In this document: positions 1 to 13,735 of the stretch, piece after piece
Numbering within the stretch: the stretch's first letter is position 1
How the letters are laid out: the number at the start of each line of letters is the position of its first letter
Origin: Somniosus microcephalus
Lineage: Eukaryota
NCBI GenBank assembly: GCA_052327205.1
Contig: CM126213.1
Span: forward strand, 79,546,001-79,610,000
Length of the DNA stretch: 64,000 nt
Reading direction: 5' to 3'
Position numbers and translations under genes: made by a program
The notes under the pieces: generated by a model
The model's database searches: none
What the model was told of the DNA's origin: nothing
What the model saw: only the letters and a program-made list of their open reading frames with translations

Positions 1-1719
1 CTTCCACATTCCCTTTCGCCATCATCCCTCTCATGGTCTCTACCACTCTGCGGGGGAGCAGCTTGATGCAGATCAGTGACGTGCTGTAAGGCCAAGGCTA
101 CGGTGTCGGTTATCCTATTTAAGGCACCAGACAAGTTGGCATCCAGAGTTTACACAGGCGTGGTCAAGGTGGACACATTTGATTGCTGCGATTGATGCTT
201 CATGGAGTTAGCCACTCTATCCATGGAAGAAGACATCATCGCAATGCCCTGTGACATCAACCCATCCAGGCTTGAGGTGAACTGCACCATTCTCTTTGCA
301 ATTGTGGACAGTGTGCGTGGGAGGCCAGTCGGTGCGTCACAGATTTTCTGCTGCCCTTCAATGATTATTCGATGCGGACTCTCCACAGCTGTCCCCGCCA
401 CCACTGTCTGCTCTTGCTCACTTGTGAACTGTGAGTCACCAGGTGAAAACCCAACTAACTGCCTAACTGGAGCCACCTAAGTGTGAGTTTCTGTGCTGGT
501 GCATGGTAAGCATGAGTCCTGTGACGGTGCACACTCAGAAAGAATCAGCTCCTCTGAGGATTCATCATCCGGCAGGTCCACCGACTGCTGCTGTACGTGT
601 GAAGGCCGAGGCGGAGAGAAAAGATATGAATTAGTACTGGCAAGCTAAGAATGTTTCAACTTATCATTATGAAGGTGATCATATTTCACTCGCTGCTAAA
701 ATCAAGTCAACATGACTGAGTATTGTATGAATTGTGAGTCGCTGATATGTAATTCTGTCACCAGGTATCTGGGAGGTCCCAGTCTCTCCATCTCCGATGG
801 CTAGGGCACTGAAACGCCACTGATCTCCATCGCCTCCTCCTCGGCAGCTGTCAACTGGGAAATCTGTGGAGGACCATCTCCGTTTCTCTCCCTTTCCCTA
901 TGTTCAATTCTCCTGCAACGGGAGAAAGAACAGATCTATGAATGACTGTAATGGCATGTGTTCACCTGATGGATGGATTGCATTTGGTGATGGTGACTAT
1001 CAGGGCGAGGCATCAAATTGCATAAGGATCACAGTGAGTGGCAGATGGATAGATGGGGGTGCAAGGAAGTGCATAGAAAGAGAAAGATGGGTGCGCTTGC
1101 AAGGTAAGTGAGTGTGAGGAGTGATGTGATCAAGTAGGCTTGACAAGGCAGTGTGAGGGGGGGTGTTGTGCATAGTAGGATGTAGGTGAATGTGCAACTG
1201 TATGCACTTTTCCTGACCTGGTTAGGTCATTAAAGCACTTCCTGCACTGAATCCAGGAGCGTGCCACAATGCTCCTGCTGCTGACCTCCTCAGCCGCTTG
1301 CAGCCACACCTTCTTCGTTGCAGTAGCAGGTTTCTTGCTCCTGTTACTGAGGAAGAATTTCTCTCTCCTCACTGCACCTAGCAGTGCATCAAGCTATTCG
1401 TGTTGAATCATGCCACAGCCCATGCCCATCCTGAATCTATCACAACACTTCTCCTTCAGTTTGCTGTAACTCCTAATTCCTCCAAATTCCATCCTTGCAT
1501 TGGCCCTTTAAATGCTCCAGTTGAGATCGAGTCATGAGGGTCCTCATCATGCCTGCTATTCGCAATCGACGCCAAACCCGGAAGTAAAATTATAATGGGG
1601 TGGCCCTGTAGAGATTGCACAATCCGACGTGCCTAGACTTCTTCCAGGTTTTGTACCCGATATCACACCACCTCCCCCACCACCGCTCCGAATATGCCTT
1701 GGGAGTTATCATCGGGGCC
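1..1719 (-). mobile_element. Decayed PIF/Harbinger transposon, right arm with Myb/SANT gene remnant (runs off window start)
   Basis: ORF 1130-1372(-) reads ...KKVWLQAAEEVSSRSIVARSWIQCRKCFNDLTRSGK, a Myb/SANT-like domain resembling those at 45139 and 54399. Acceptor ttgcag near 918 and donor gtgaca near 762 match the exon-2 layout. ORF 150-476 resembles exon 3 of the 50481-54657 element. The region ends in a TIR-like atcggggcc at 1719. Confidence 0.75.
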
Positions 1720-2842
1720 ATACTTTCCCTTTCTATTCAGAATTAATAATTAGGGATTACTCATGATTTTTATTTGAAACTGTAATGAACATTTGGAAAG
1801 TATGAGGACATACAAGTTAAATACTTTATCAGTACCTAAAAGTTCAGAACATGAGGAAAGACATTAAGGTCCATGTCTTAAGGCTTGTTTCTCTCGGATA
1901 AAATTTGCAAAATAAAAAGCGAAACAAAGACTGGAACTGGAAGGTAAAGCAGGAGAACTTAGGAAGTCATCATTTGAATCATAATAAATCAAGAATAGTA
2001 AAGACTTATCATTGTTTTCTTGGTACATCTCTTTCATTCTCTGGCTGCCTCCATTTCAGTTTTTGCTCTGTTTTGTCTCCCCTCTTTTGTTTTTGTTATC
2101 TCTTTGTCCTGATGCATTTTTAAAAGTAAAATTAAACTTCTGCATTCTAAAATGCATTCCTTTCTTAGCCTAGATCATTTAGCAATTTTTCTCAGTCTTC
2201 CACGTTGAAATCAGAGACAGAATTTAGAGGAACATATTCCAAAAAGTAGTAATGAAAAGATCAACATGAATGAACTGGTGAGCAAGGCTGGTAAAAAAAC
2301 ACAAAACAGGCCCTCAGATTTATTTCTAGTGCTATATTGTTGCTCCAATTGTAAAAGGGAAAAAGACAAAAGACAAATACAAACTTTAAGGGCTTGTTAA
2401 GGGCTCTAGTTGTTTTAGGACAACGATAAGTACCTGCCACTCGGATCTGCCATTAATTGTATGAATAGGCAAGATTTTGAAATTTTAACACACTATTATC
2501 TGGCAGATTTCAGGGGGATGGAGGGGATGAGGTCATCAGAGCTGACCTTACCCCTGCTGATTTTTCCCCTCCTTAACCTTGGAGAACTGAGGCCAATTGC
2601 AGTAACCCAACTGCTGCCCAGCAGAAACCAGTTCATTCACATCAGCATGAGAATTCTTTATACTAAATTCCATAAATAGTCATATCTAACCATTGTACAA
2701 ATTTCTATAAATTCTGCAATTCAAAATAACTTGGAGCTTCCACAATGGAGAAACAGTTTAGTTCAAGTCATATCGACCAGACAGTTGCAGATTCAATCCC
2801 AGTTCTGTGCTGAGTTGTGGTGGCAATCTCTCTGCTCCATAT

Positions 2843-3500
2843 AACAACAGAAAATGCTGGAAAAACTCAGCAGGTCAGGCAACATCCGTGGACAGAAATT
2901 TGAGTTGACGTTTCAGGTCGAACCCTTCTTCAAAACTGGAAAGAAAAGATAGATCGGAGGCAGGGCTGCGATCGGACAAAAGAATAAAAGAAACAAAAGA
3001 AGTAAAAAAGAGACAATAAAAGGTATTAGAAGCTAGACGAGATGGTAATAGGCTGAGATTAGGTGTAAAGTGTACTGGCAGGGCAAGAGATAGCTGCCAG
3101 GTGTGAGAGAGAAACAAAAGGAAAGGGGGGGGGGGAAAGGAGTGGAAAAATTACAAGAAAAAATGAAATAGGGGCCGAGGTTATGATCTGAAATTGTTGA
3201 ACTCGATATTGAGTCCGGAAGGCTGCAGAGTGCCTAATCGGAAGATGAGGTGCTGTTCCTCGAGTTTACGTTGAGCTTCCGTGGAACAATACAAGAGACC
3301 AAGGACGGTGAGGTCCGAGTAGGAATGGGGCGGTGAATTAAAATGACAGGCGACCGGAAGCTCAGGGTCACCCTTACGGACTGAACGGAGGTGTTCCGCA
3401 AAGCGGTCACCCAATCTGCGTTTGGTCTCCCCAATGTAGAGGAGACCGCATCGTGAGCAGCGAATACATTATACTAGATTGCGAGAAGTACAAGTAAATC
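2843..3500 (-). mobile_element. Penelope-like element (PLE), 5'-truncated: GIY-YIG C-terminus plus 3' terminal repeat
   Basis: ORF 3181-3414(-) GDRFAEHLRSVRKGDPELPVACHFNS...LGTLQPSGLN is nearly identical to 19236-19565(+). The element is flanked by TCCATAT at 2836-2842 and 3499-3505 (possible TSD or microhomology). Confidence 0.9.
2903..2937 (-). ncRNA. Minimal type-I hammerhead ribozyme motif in PLE terminal repeat
   Basis: The minus strand reads AGTT-TTGAAGA-AGGGTTCGACCT-GAAA-CG-TC-AACT: stem I AGTT/AACT, core UUGAAGA (CUGANGA variant), stem II hairpin, GAAA, palindromic ACGU and a GUC triplet. PLEs are known to carry such minimal hammerheads. Confidence 0.75.
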
Positions 3501-5789
3501 CATATGGTTGAGGATAACATTGGAGTGGTGCCTTTACCCATTAGACCATCATGGAATTTCCAAGTGATATTGTTAGTAACAGTAGTTTGCTCTATTATCT
3601 GATAAACCAAGCTCTATTTGGCATCTAATTACTTTGGCTCAAACTTAGATTATTTTGGGGTGGGATTTCTTCTTAAGTAGGTAGTAAAACAAAATACATA
3701 AACAATAGGAGCAGATGCATTTTTCTCTCTCAAATATTTATCCACTTCCCTTTTAAAAGCTATAATGGGTTCTGTTTTCATCCCTGTTTGTGGTAGAGCA
3801 TTCCATATCTTAACAACCTATTGCGTAAAAAAATTCTCCTAACCATTCTCTTCATTCAGTGGTGGCTAGTGGCAAAAAATGTTGCCCATTCACTTAATTA
3901 AAGCCCTTTATAATTTTGAACATCTCCTATCAGCTATCCTCTTAACCTTCTCCGTTCTTATGGAAAGACTCCCAGTTTCACAAGTGTCTCCTCACAACTA
4001 AAGCCCATCATCCCTGATATCATCTGAGTGAACTTCTGCAACCTCGTTATGACTTTAATATTCCTTGTAAAATAGGGTGCCCAAAACTGGACAGGATATT
4101 CGAATTGCAGCCAATGATTTGTAGAAGTTTATTGTTACCTCTTTTCTTTTGTATTCTATCTATAAAATCTAGGATTCTATCAGCTGCATCACTGGTGAAT
4201 CTCAACAGTTCTTACCATCATTTCCGAATGGAGTACGAGCACTACACAGAAAGAAGGTCCTACATGAGGAAAAACCGAAAAAAGAGTTGAGCTCATCCCC
4301 CACCCCCTTGGATTGCACTCTTTCCAGCTGAAACAGCAGCGGAGAAGCTTACAGCCAGACTGTCCTCTAGCCCCTTGCTGGTGTTGAGCAGCATAATCAG
4401 AAGATAAATGTGGTTAGGGTGAAGTTGGAGAGGTAATGAAGGTAAATTTGAAAAAAAATGTTTACACATATTCTTCAGTTACCATGATATCGAGGGAAAG
4501 AGATCCATCTAAAATCTCCTTCACCTCATGGGAAACAGATGCATGCTGCAAATAAACTGCACGTTCAGAATAAGCAGCTTGTGAGGTTTTGAAAAATGGT
4601 AATTACTTATCCAACACACATTTTAGGCAAAAGTCCAAGAGAAGCTATTTTGAACAAATATTTATAATAACTACATTTCTCATAACCAACAGTTGTTCAG
4701 AAATTGTGTAAATGATAGAATGGCATTTGCAATTTATACCTCACATGGTTTCATTTTTGACATTTAGTGTGGGTTGACCTGTGTATATTGTTGGGTAGTT
4801 ATTAGTAAAGCATGCAAGTCTGCAGGGAGGATTCTGAACCGAGTGCAGTGATATTTTGTGCCAGACAGTGTGTTTGTTAAAACTCTGCATCTCTTCTTGC
4901 ACGAACTGAGAAAGTTCTGCAGGTCAGAAGACCAAAGCAAACAAATAACAACTTTTTCCTTTACAGAGACTCCTGTTACTTCTGATCAAGTTTTAACTTG
5001 ATGGTGTGCACATTTAACTCATTCCCACACACTGCTATTGGGAGCTCACTTTCTACACCTGCTTCCAATCTATACAATGGTTGCTGGGAATCGGAGGGTG
5101 CAGGATGAAAAATTAGGTTTTAGTAATGCACGAATTAAATGAAATTACATATGATTTAAAAAATAAAAATACGCTGCCAAGAATTCAAAAGAATTACAGG
5201 CAGCAATTTAAAATGCAGACACTTTGTAAAAAAAACGTAAGGGAACACATGGACTTGTAATGTAACCATATTACTATATGTGAAGGTATGCATTTGTTTG
5301 GATAGGAACACACCAAAATACTGAAACCTGTGATTAACATATGCACTCTCATACACTATTGCCTAGATAAACAACTAGTTTATTCCAAACTGTACAGCTG
5401 GGGGCAGAATTCCTGTCTTCATGTGACAGTGTCTACCTTCCAAAGCATCAGAATGCTGAAAATGTTCATAAATATAAACAGTAATTTAGTGCAGTGAATA
5501 ATGGAGAGATTGAAATGATGGCAGTGCAGACAAAACATCCGTAGTAAATCAAACACGTACACTAACAACTCTCAAAGGAAACGCCTGCTTCTGTAAAGTA
5601 TAAAGTAAACTTTCCCACACTAATTGCTATTCTGGCTATATCTATGGCAAATATATTTGAAACATGCTTTGTTTGAAATTTAAATGTTGGAATTTATTTT
5701 ATTTGTCAAGACTCGAGTTTAAGAAGAATTTTTCATATATGGACAGAAAATGTGTACATCATAAAACAACAATGTCAGGAACAGCTTGT

Positions 5790-6225
5790 ATTACATAAAA
5801 TTACATAGAATTACAGCACAGGAACAGGCCATTCGGCCCAAGTGGTCTATGTGGTGTTTATGCTCTACACAAGCCTCCTTCCACCTTACTTCATCTCACC
5901 CTATCAACATATCCTTCTATTCCTTTCTCCCTCATGTACTTATCTAGCTTCCCCTTAAATACATCTATGCTATTCACTTCAACCACTCCATGTGGTAGTG
6001 AGTACCACATTCTCACCACTCTCTGAGTAAAGAAGTTTCTCCTGATTTTTTTATTAGTTATTAGTGACTATCTTATATTTATGGCCCCTAGTTTTGGACT
6101 CCCCCACAAGTGGAAATATCTTCTCTACGTTTACCTATCAAACCCCTTCAGAATTTTAAAGACCTCTATCAAGTCACCGCTCACTCTTCTCTTTTCTAGA
6201 AAAGAGTGCACCCTGTTCAGTCTAT
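5790..6225 (-). mobile_element. CR1 LINE 3' fragment
   Basis: Tail (acatagaattacagcacaggaacaggccattcggccc) and C-terminal ORF2-like sequence (ttctcaccactctctgagtaaagaagtttctcc) resemble the CR1 copies at 36666 and 56875. Confidence 0.7.
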
Positions 6226-7874
6226 CCAATAGTTTAATGTGTGTACTGTATTATACCACACTTCATAAAATTATTTTCATGTTAGCATCACCAGGCTTTA
6301 TTCTGTAATTCTAAAATGTTCTTCTTGATAAAATTTTTACCAGTTACCTTTTCCCTTAAACCTGTATCCTGGTAATACCATGGCTAAATTTTAGTTATCC
6401 ATTGTTGCATTATAGTTAATTTCCTTGATTATTTCCATGACTATTAGGGATCAGAAGATGCCAAACAAGGGCATGTTTCTTCAGCGACCTTTAAACCTGT
6501 GATCATCTTCTCACAGCTGCATGAGGAAGTGTACCTCAGTGAGTGTCACAACTCCTGCTAAAATCAAGTCACCTCAAAACATAGAAGCAAGCCACTGTTT
6601 GCACAGCCAGCTCCTCTAAACTTCTCTTATCAAGCTCATCGTTCCACCATTCTTGTCAGTCTGTCAAAGCAATGGATGTGGCGGGTCTAAAATCTTGTCA
6701 GGGGACCAGCAGTGATGTGACAGGTCAATCCCACCAGTCAGTTAGTATCTCAGTGGTCCAACATCCCGCAGAGTTTTATGTGTATAGTGTTCATCAGCAG
6801 CTGTGTTAGCACAGCTTTTCCTGCTGACAATCCAAGCGTAATAGAGTCATAGTGGCGGCCATTCAGAAGGCACTTCAAAACCAAAAGAAAATTGATGAGG
6901 CGTGTAACACAGCATAACCTCACAATTAATCACACATTTAAAGGACTAACATCTCCAGCTGCTTCGTATAGTTAATGCTGGATATGACCAGCATGTCCCA
7001 AGAACAATCTTCCTAAATGCTAATATGAGCTAATTGGTCACGAGCTGTCAACTCTTCAGACACTATCACACAAGCAGCTTTCTTTCTACTATAATGTTTT
7101 CTACTTTTAACAAAGGTTTAGGAAAATCTGATGCCTCCAATGTCAAAAAAGAAAGCATTAAATACTATTTTGTTGTATGAACTGTATAACTGATAGTTCA
7201 GTGGTACTGAAATGCTCCATTCTTAATCTGCAACTAACAAATAGATCTAAAATGAGTAAAATATCTGCAGCATAAAACCAGTATGGAAAGCCTCAATATG
7301 CAAATGTTCTTCTGAATCAATGATCTCTTGAAATATGCAAAATATTAGTACGGGCAGGTAATTCTTCACAGGTCACACCTCAATCACGCAACATAAACCA
7401 AACTTCAATTCACCCATTTAATTCACAATCCTCGACTAAAAGAGACTCAACCCCAATGTTCCTTGGAAAAATGTTTGTTCAAGACATTTTGTACAATAAA
7501 ACTGTAGCTAAAAAAAGCACTGAAATAATAGAATTTAAAAAAACAGGGCTTGGGATAAACCAACCACAGAATGTAATAATATAAATTGGATTCCTTTGGC
7601 ATTGCTCATGCAAAATCTTGCGTCGGGAGCACAGTTTTAATAGTTAACTGCTAAACGGGCCTGTCCCTTGAAGGCCACTGCCCAAGTTGTAGCTGCCTTT
7701 AAACTCATGAGGTCAATTCAAGGGCAATTGTATCTGCTTATAAAACTCCAGGTCAACAACTGGTTTCTTTTTATATATTAATAAATCTTATATAGGCACA
7801 CACTTTCTGTCAATTATAAATTCCTATGTCCACATTTATAACTGAAACTACCTATGCAAACTTGTCAAGAGGTC

Positions 7875-8222
7875 GAGCAGTGCAATGGTTATGTTGATGG
7901 ACTCGTGATTGAGAGACCCAGACTAATAATCACCGAGAGTGTGAGTTCAAATCCCACTGTGGCCGTTTGAGACTTTGAAATCAGTTTAAAAAAAAATGGA
8001 TGTGACCATGAAGCTGTCAGATTGTTGAAAAAAAACAACTGGTTCACTACTTCCTTTTAGGAAAGGAAATCAGCTGTCCTGACCCAGTGTGGCCTATATG
8101 TGACTCCAGTCCCACACCAAGGTGGTTAGAACCTTAACTGGCCTCTGAAGTGGCCTCTCAAACCACTACATGTGGTTCAAGACCTTCTCAGGGCGACTAG
8201 GGATGGGGGATAAAGGCCAGCT
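7875..8222 (+). mobile_element. tRNA-derived SINE whose 5' part matches the head and whose 3' part matches the tail of the LINE at 36090-41140
   Basis: B-box GAGTTCAAATCCC near 7943. The body (ctggttcact...ggaaat...ggcctatatgtgactccag) matches 40830-41140(-). The end (ggttcaag...cttctcagggcgactagggatggg) matches 36120-36200(-). Confidence 0.75.
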
Positions 8223-8790
8223 TTTTAAAACAAATGCTGTAATTACACTGTCCTGCCAGAGGCAGTGCTGTATTACCTCAGTTTTGTGTCTCTGAGCTCC
8301 TCAGACTGGACTGCAGAACAACTCCTACATGCCAACCAACTCTACTTCTCCACTTCCCAAATTATCGTATATTTTGCTATTTAACTATAAGCAAGATCAA
8401 ATATCACATAAAAATAAAGACACATTGATTGATTGGTGATTGAATGGTCTGCATGGCACGGTCCAATTATCCCCAGCCTTCTAAATCCTCTTAATCTGGA
8501 GACTACATTTGGTTTTGACTCCCCATGTGCAACACCACGGCACTTCAACTAATAGTTCAAAAATCCCTCAGTTTTGTTTGCCATATTTTGCACCTAGTTT
8601 TCAAAGCACATAGAAGGAGCTAATGAAAACCTGGAAAACATGCATCTCGTTTTCAAAGTTCATCTAATAAGTTGCATCACAAGCATAACTCCATTATTAC
8701 ATAATTTAGGCAAATTATATCCTAATAAAAAGAATGATGCTGCAGAGCTTTCAATATGGGGGCCTTCAAGTAATACTTCTCTCCAACATT

Positions 8791-9555
8791 GGCCCAGTAA
8801 TTCCGTTCCAAACGCGTGAGTACGGTCGGGGTACTCACGCGTCTGGCCGGAGGAAATGCCGGTTTTCAGCATGCACAGCGCATGCGGGGAAAACCGGCAT
8901 TTCCTGTCCTCTGAACGAAGGGGTTCAGAGGCAGAACGCGCGCGACTGCACAGGCAGCGCGTGCGCAGTAAAATTCCTTTTTTTTTCAGAGTTGCGCGCG
9001 TGTAAAGGCCTCCGGTCTTTACGCGTGGAAAAACAAGACGTAAGTATTTCGTTTTTCAGGTAAGTGGGCTTTTAGTACAATGTAGAAATTTTTTTTCCAC
9101 AGGTTTGTTATTTTTAAAGAATTTACAGGATGGTAAGTTTAGTTTTAGACCCTATTTTTTAAAAATTTATTTTTTTCAGAAAATTGATTAATTGTTTAAA
9201 ACATTTTTAAAAACTTATTTATAGTTATTCTAATCAGTGGGATGTTTTTTAAAATTTTATTTAAAGTTAAAGTAGTGTTTTGGCAGCCCATACTTTTCAT
9301 GAGTTTGACAGCTCTTACTGTCAAACTCATGAATGAGTTTCCCCTCCCCTGATTGGCTGCCCAGTGCTCACCTGATTCCAGCCGGCACATCGCACTAACT
9401 GCGCCGCTGGATCAGGTAAGCACATCGCGCCGACAGCTGAACCGGGCCAGTGACAGGAAATGCAAGCAGGCCCGGGCTTCAGATGTCGGCGCGCAGGGTG
9501 AGTGTTGATCGGGGGCTTGCACGTGCGGCAAGCCCCCAATCCTAATTTCAGGGCC
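8791..9555. mobile_element. Non-autonomous Harbinger-type element (MITE), hairpin-rich family, copy 1
   Basis: Imperfect TIRs GGCCCAGTAATT / AATTTCAGGGCC with 3-bp TSD ATT (8788-8790, 9556-9558). A second copy lies at 46698-47406. Confidence 0.85.
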
Positions 9556-12500
9556 ATTATGTTTGCGGGGAGGAGGGGGGACTCCATGTTAGTTCAAGTT
9601 ACAAAAGTCACATCGTGCTGATGTTAACAAAATGATTTTACAAAACATTTTGCTTTACTTCTATAGGTCAATATCAAGGATGAACACCAAAGGGTGTTTG
9701 CCAATGCGATAGAAAAATAATGAGTATGAATAATAAAACCACCTTCAAACAGGTTTGAAATAGTCTAGAGAAGTGTTACAAAAAGCTACCATAGTAAGAT
9801 TACTAGGCAGTTGAAAATAGCAGGACTTCACAGGTCCTTGCTCTTTTTTTGAAAAGCAACATTGTCTTTATGGTCCTTGTGCACCTTGGTTTGAAAATAG
9901 GGTATTGCCACAAATATGTACAAAGATCAATATGCAATAAAACTGAATATTGCAAATAGTTTTTCAAGAATCGTTTTTTAAAGTTTTTTTATTCGTTGTT
10001 TTTCTCAAAAATGAGGCTAAAATAAAGCCCTCCCTGTGTGGGGAGCTGTCTGTGCCTCCTCACAGTCCATGGTGCAACACATTTCAGTTTTTCAATGCGC
10101 TATGTCACTGGGATGACTGTAACATCATGTTTTTTTTTAATTGATCACATTTAGATTTATGATGCATTAGTATTGTAGTTCCTAAGATTGAAAAAAAATG
10201 TTTTTGGTAACGAAGCCACATAATTTATTCTAGAATGCAAATGAATAAAGTTTGACTAACATTTTTATGCAAAGCTTCACATTGAGAATAGGTCACAGGT
10301 CAAAAGGGCTGCAGCACATTAAATTAATGGCATTTAATCGATTTCCTGTCACTGCACTTCTGCAGGTGCTCTGTGTGACAGGCTGTGTACACCATTCTGT
10401 CATCAAACAGCTGACAAGGAAAAGTAGTGGGCAGCAATCAGACTGAGCTTTATGGGATAGTTCAGGCTGCCATGCTCATACTGTTTGTTTATGTTTCAGT
10501 AGGAAACCATGTGACCAGTCAGTACATTGTTATTGTTAGAGGTTTAATGATGGGGTTTCAATTTTCAGGAGGACCAACATGGTTTGTTTAAACAGAGAAG
10601 GTCCTACTAAGGTCAGACCATGACAGCTCATTAAGGAATTGCATGTTTATTCCATATGAAAAAGGAAACTGGAGGTTTTAGTTCAGCTTGGCCTTCCTAG
10701 TACAAAAGCAGTGGAGCTAGCTCAAGAAAGTTACTGCTAGGAAAAGTGCAGCGCTTTTATCTTCTGTAATCTCTCTTATAGATCAGTTATATTGCACAAC
10801 TTGATCTGATGTAAAATCTAATTGATCAAATTTTAGGCGAGAGTTTTGAGACCACAACCAGGACCGATTCTCACACTGCTCAGGCTGCACATTGGCTTCA
10901 GGCAGTCACCCCTTTGAGAATTTTTAAATAATGTTAGTAGAAAGCTCACTGACCTGTCAGCTGTTTGTTAACATTAAAAATGTAACCAGCATGTGGACAG
11001 AGGTCTGTGTATGCACTCTTCCATGCACATGCAGAGCTCTGATTTGCCAAACAAGATATCGATGTGCAATCAACAGTATCGATGCGGAACTGGCATTATA
11101 ACTTGGGTATGCTGGGCCTATATTGCTCCCAGTAGGCACTGGTGACAAATCTGCAGTATAATGATACTTTGAGATTCAGAAAAACATGAAGACTAAAAAA
11201 TTCCCAAAGAACAGTACAAAAGGTAAGTTGGTGACCAAGGTGCTGAAAGTAACTCTTCCCGCCTTTCATAAATGAGTCTTTGAATTTCCACAGCTATTTA
11301 TATATAAATTACATTGATAATTCCTGCATAATTATAGACAGCAACAAGATCGTATTTATATTTTACATATGGCCACATTTCCTCCTTTAGCTTTTAAATA
11401 CATTTTTTTTTACAAATGATACATGACTTGTTTTTAATTAACAGGCAAGCTAGAATGCAAAGCTCACCACGTTGTTGCAGATGAGGAGTACATGTATGCA
11501 GAGAATGCTTGTGGTCTGGCAGGTTGGACACAAAAAGATACTTCTGCTATTTGTTGCATGGGAGCTGAAGCAGATGTTGGGGCTCTGGGTTGGCACAGGC
11601 TCCAGATGCTGGCAGGGAGTCATTCCACACAGGCTGCAGGGTTCAGAGGAGGAGTATCCAGGGACCATTTGTTCATAAACACAGCTGAGGGCCAGCAACC
11701 TGCTCTATGCTTTCCTTGTGCTGCGCTGTAGGGTTTTTTTTTGCGTGCAATCTCTCTATGAGAGGAAAAGCAGGCACACACTGCTCCTGCAGCCCACGCT
11801 CTCCAGAAGTAATTAAACAGTTTTGCTTAACCCTGTTAGCCCGTCATTTGTTATTTTCATTCTCTGATGTCCACTACTTGGGAATGCAGGAACGCCTGAA
11901 GCTGTACTGCTGGGTTGTGGAATTAGGCTTTAATTGAAATGGAACATTTGGAAATTATACAAAGTGTTTATAATAGAAGTTTCTGGTTTACTGAATCCTT
12001 TCCATATAACAAACAATGAGGGTCGACATGCATGGCAGGAAATAGAGGATAAGTCTGTTACTGATATGAACATGTTACCAAACCCTTCCTCTATTCCGAG
12101 TGACATCTGTGTTCTAATAAAAACATTCCACCGTCAAAATACCAGGAAATTCTGAAAGTACCTGCGTTCTCTTCAGGCTACGCTACAATGCGCGTTCTTG
12201 GCTTACAAAGTAGAAAAATATGGAAAACATAAGCCAAGTGTGTATAAAACACCACTCATTATTACATCTTTAGGAGTAAACCTCAGAAGTAATTATGCTC
12301 TTAATGTTTAACATTAAGAAATTCTTTTATTTAATTGAAAATAAAAACAGCATAAAATATAAACTATTGCATAAAAATGCTATCGATATAAATATATGTG
12401 TGTGGGAAAGTAAAATGCTGTATTGAATATTCTGGCTTTCCTATCAGGTTCAACATAATAATTAAGATAATTCAGTGAAATAGAATTCTAGCAAATGTCT

Positions 12501-13199
12501 TTCTTTTTCATATGGCAATAAAAAGCACTTCTCACATTTGAAATGCTAATATAAGCAAATACTGTATATAGAAAACTTTCACAGGTTGGTAGATTACAAG
12601 TTAGATTTTGTAAATTCAAATATGTTTGTTTTAAATTATAGTTTTTGATAGGACAATGCAAGTAGGTTGTTTTAGTTTGAAGCATGCACTTTGCTTTAGG
12701 GGCAACTGTTTTGACCTCTCTTTCCGCTTTCTATGAAATTCTCCTGACTTTTCAATCCTTTTCGCCATTAACTGTGTCCTTCTGCTAGCTTCTTTCCACT
12801 TTTCACACCATGGCCTAGAATTTGGATCATGCAGCGCCCATTTTTCACAACCGTTGCATGCTGCGGTCAGGCAAACAGCAGCCAAGCCAACGGTCTTTAA
12901 AGGGAATTAAAATGTTTTGCTTACCTGAATGTTGAGCCAAAGGAGCACGAGTGCTCCTCCAGGCTTCACATTAACACTGCGAGCTTTCACCAGCCAACAC
13001 GTCCTGCCCCCCGCACCTCCCAATCTCCCTCTGCCCCACCAGACTCATGGAACGTCCGGATCTGGTGCTCCCCCCTGCCTCCCTCCTGATCTCCTCCCCC
13101 CCGGACTCACGGTAGGTCTGGATCCGGCGTACCCGCCAGATGATCCTTGTCTTCTTCATAACCGCCGCACTGCCTCTTCGATGTGACCAACGTCCCCAG

Positions 13200-13735
13200 C
13201 ACATTGAACATACGAACAATGACGGACAGATAAAGACCCTCCGGTCCATCCAGCCTGTTCCACACAAGGTATCACAGTATATACAATCTCCACCCCACCC
13301 AAAACCATTGATTACCTGGGAGAGGCGAAAAACCAGATAAAAACCCAGGCCAATTTGGGGAAAAGAAATCTGGGAAATTCCTCTCCAATCCATCTAGGCG
13401 ATCAAAACTAGTCCAGGAGATCACTCTGGCCCTGAGTTCCCTGCAGTACCTACCTTTTGTAAGAGGTGATGTCTACCCCAGCCAGAAACAGGTCCAGCTC
13501 TCGCTTGAAGGAATTCAGCGAATCAGTGTCCACAGCACAAGACACCAGCCTGTTCCAGAGGTCCACAAGTATCTGGGAAAAGAACCACCTCCTGACATCT
13601 AACCTAGATCTGGCCTTATACATCTTCAATTTGTTAACTCTGGTCCTGTCTAATCTATTTAATTGGAACAAACTGTCAAATGGAACACAATCTATTCCCT
13701 TCATTATCTTAGAAACCTCAATCAGATCCCCCCAT
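13200..13735 (-). mobile_element. CR1 LINE 3' fragment
   Basis: ORF 13450-13704(-) MKGIDCV...ARSRLDVRRWFFSQILVDLWNRL...SLNSFKRELD is a typical CR1 ORF2 C-terminus, followed by a 3' UTR. Confidence 0.85.

Noticed and set aside
4955-5110. Possible host exon after the strong acceptor TTTTTCCTTTACAG
   Set aside because: All three frames hit a stop within about 35 nt, so a coding exon is unsupported. A non-coding exon cannot be excluded.
11450-12885. Short ORFs in unique sequence as host exons
   Set aside because: No recognisable domains and no consistent splice-site pairs.
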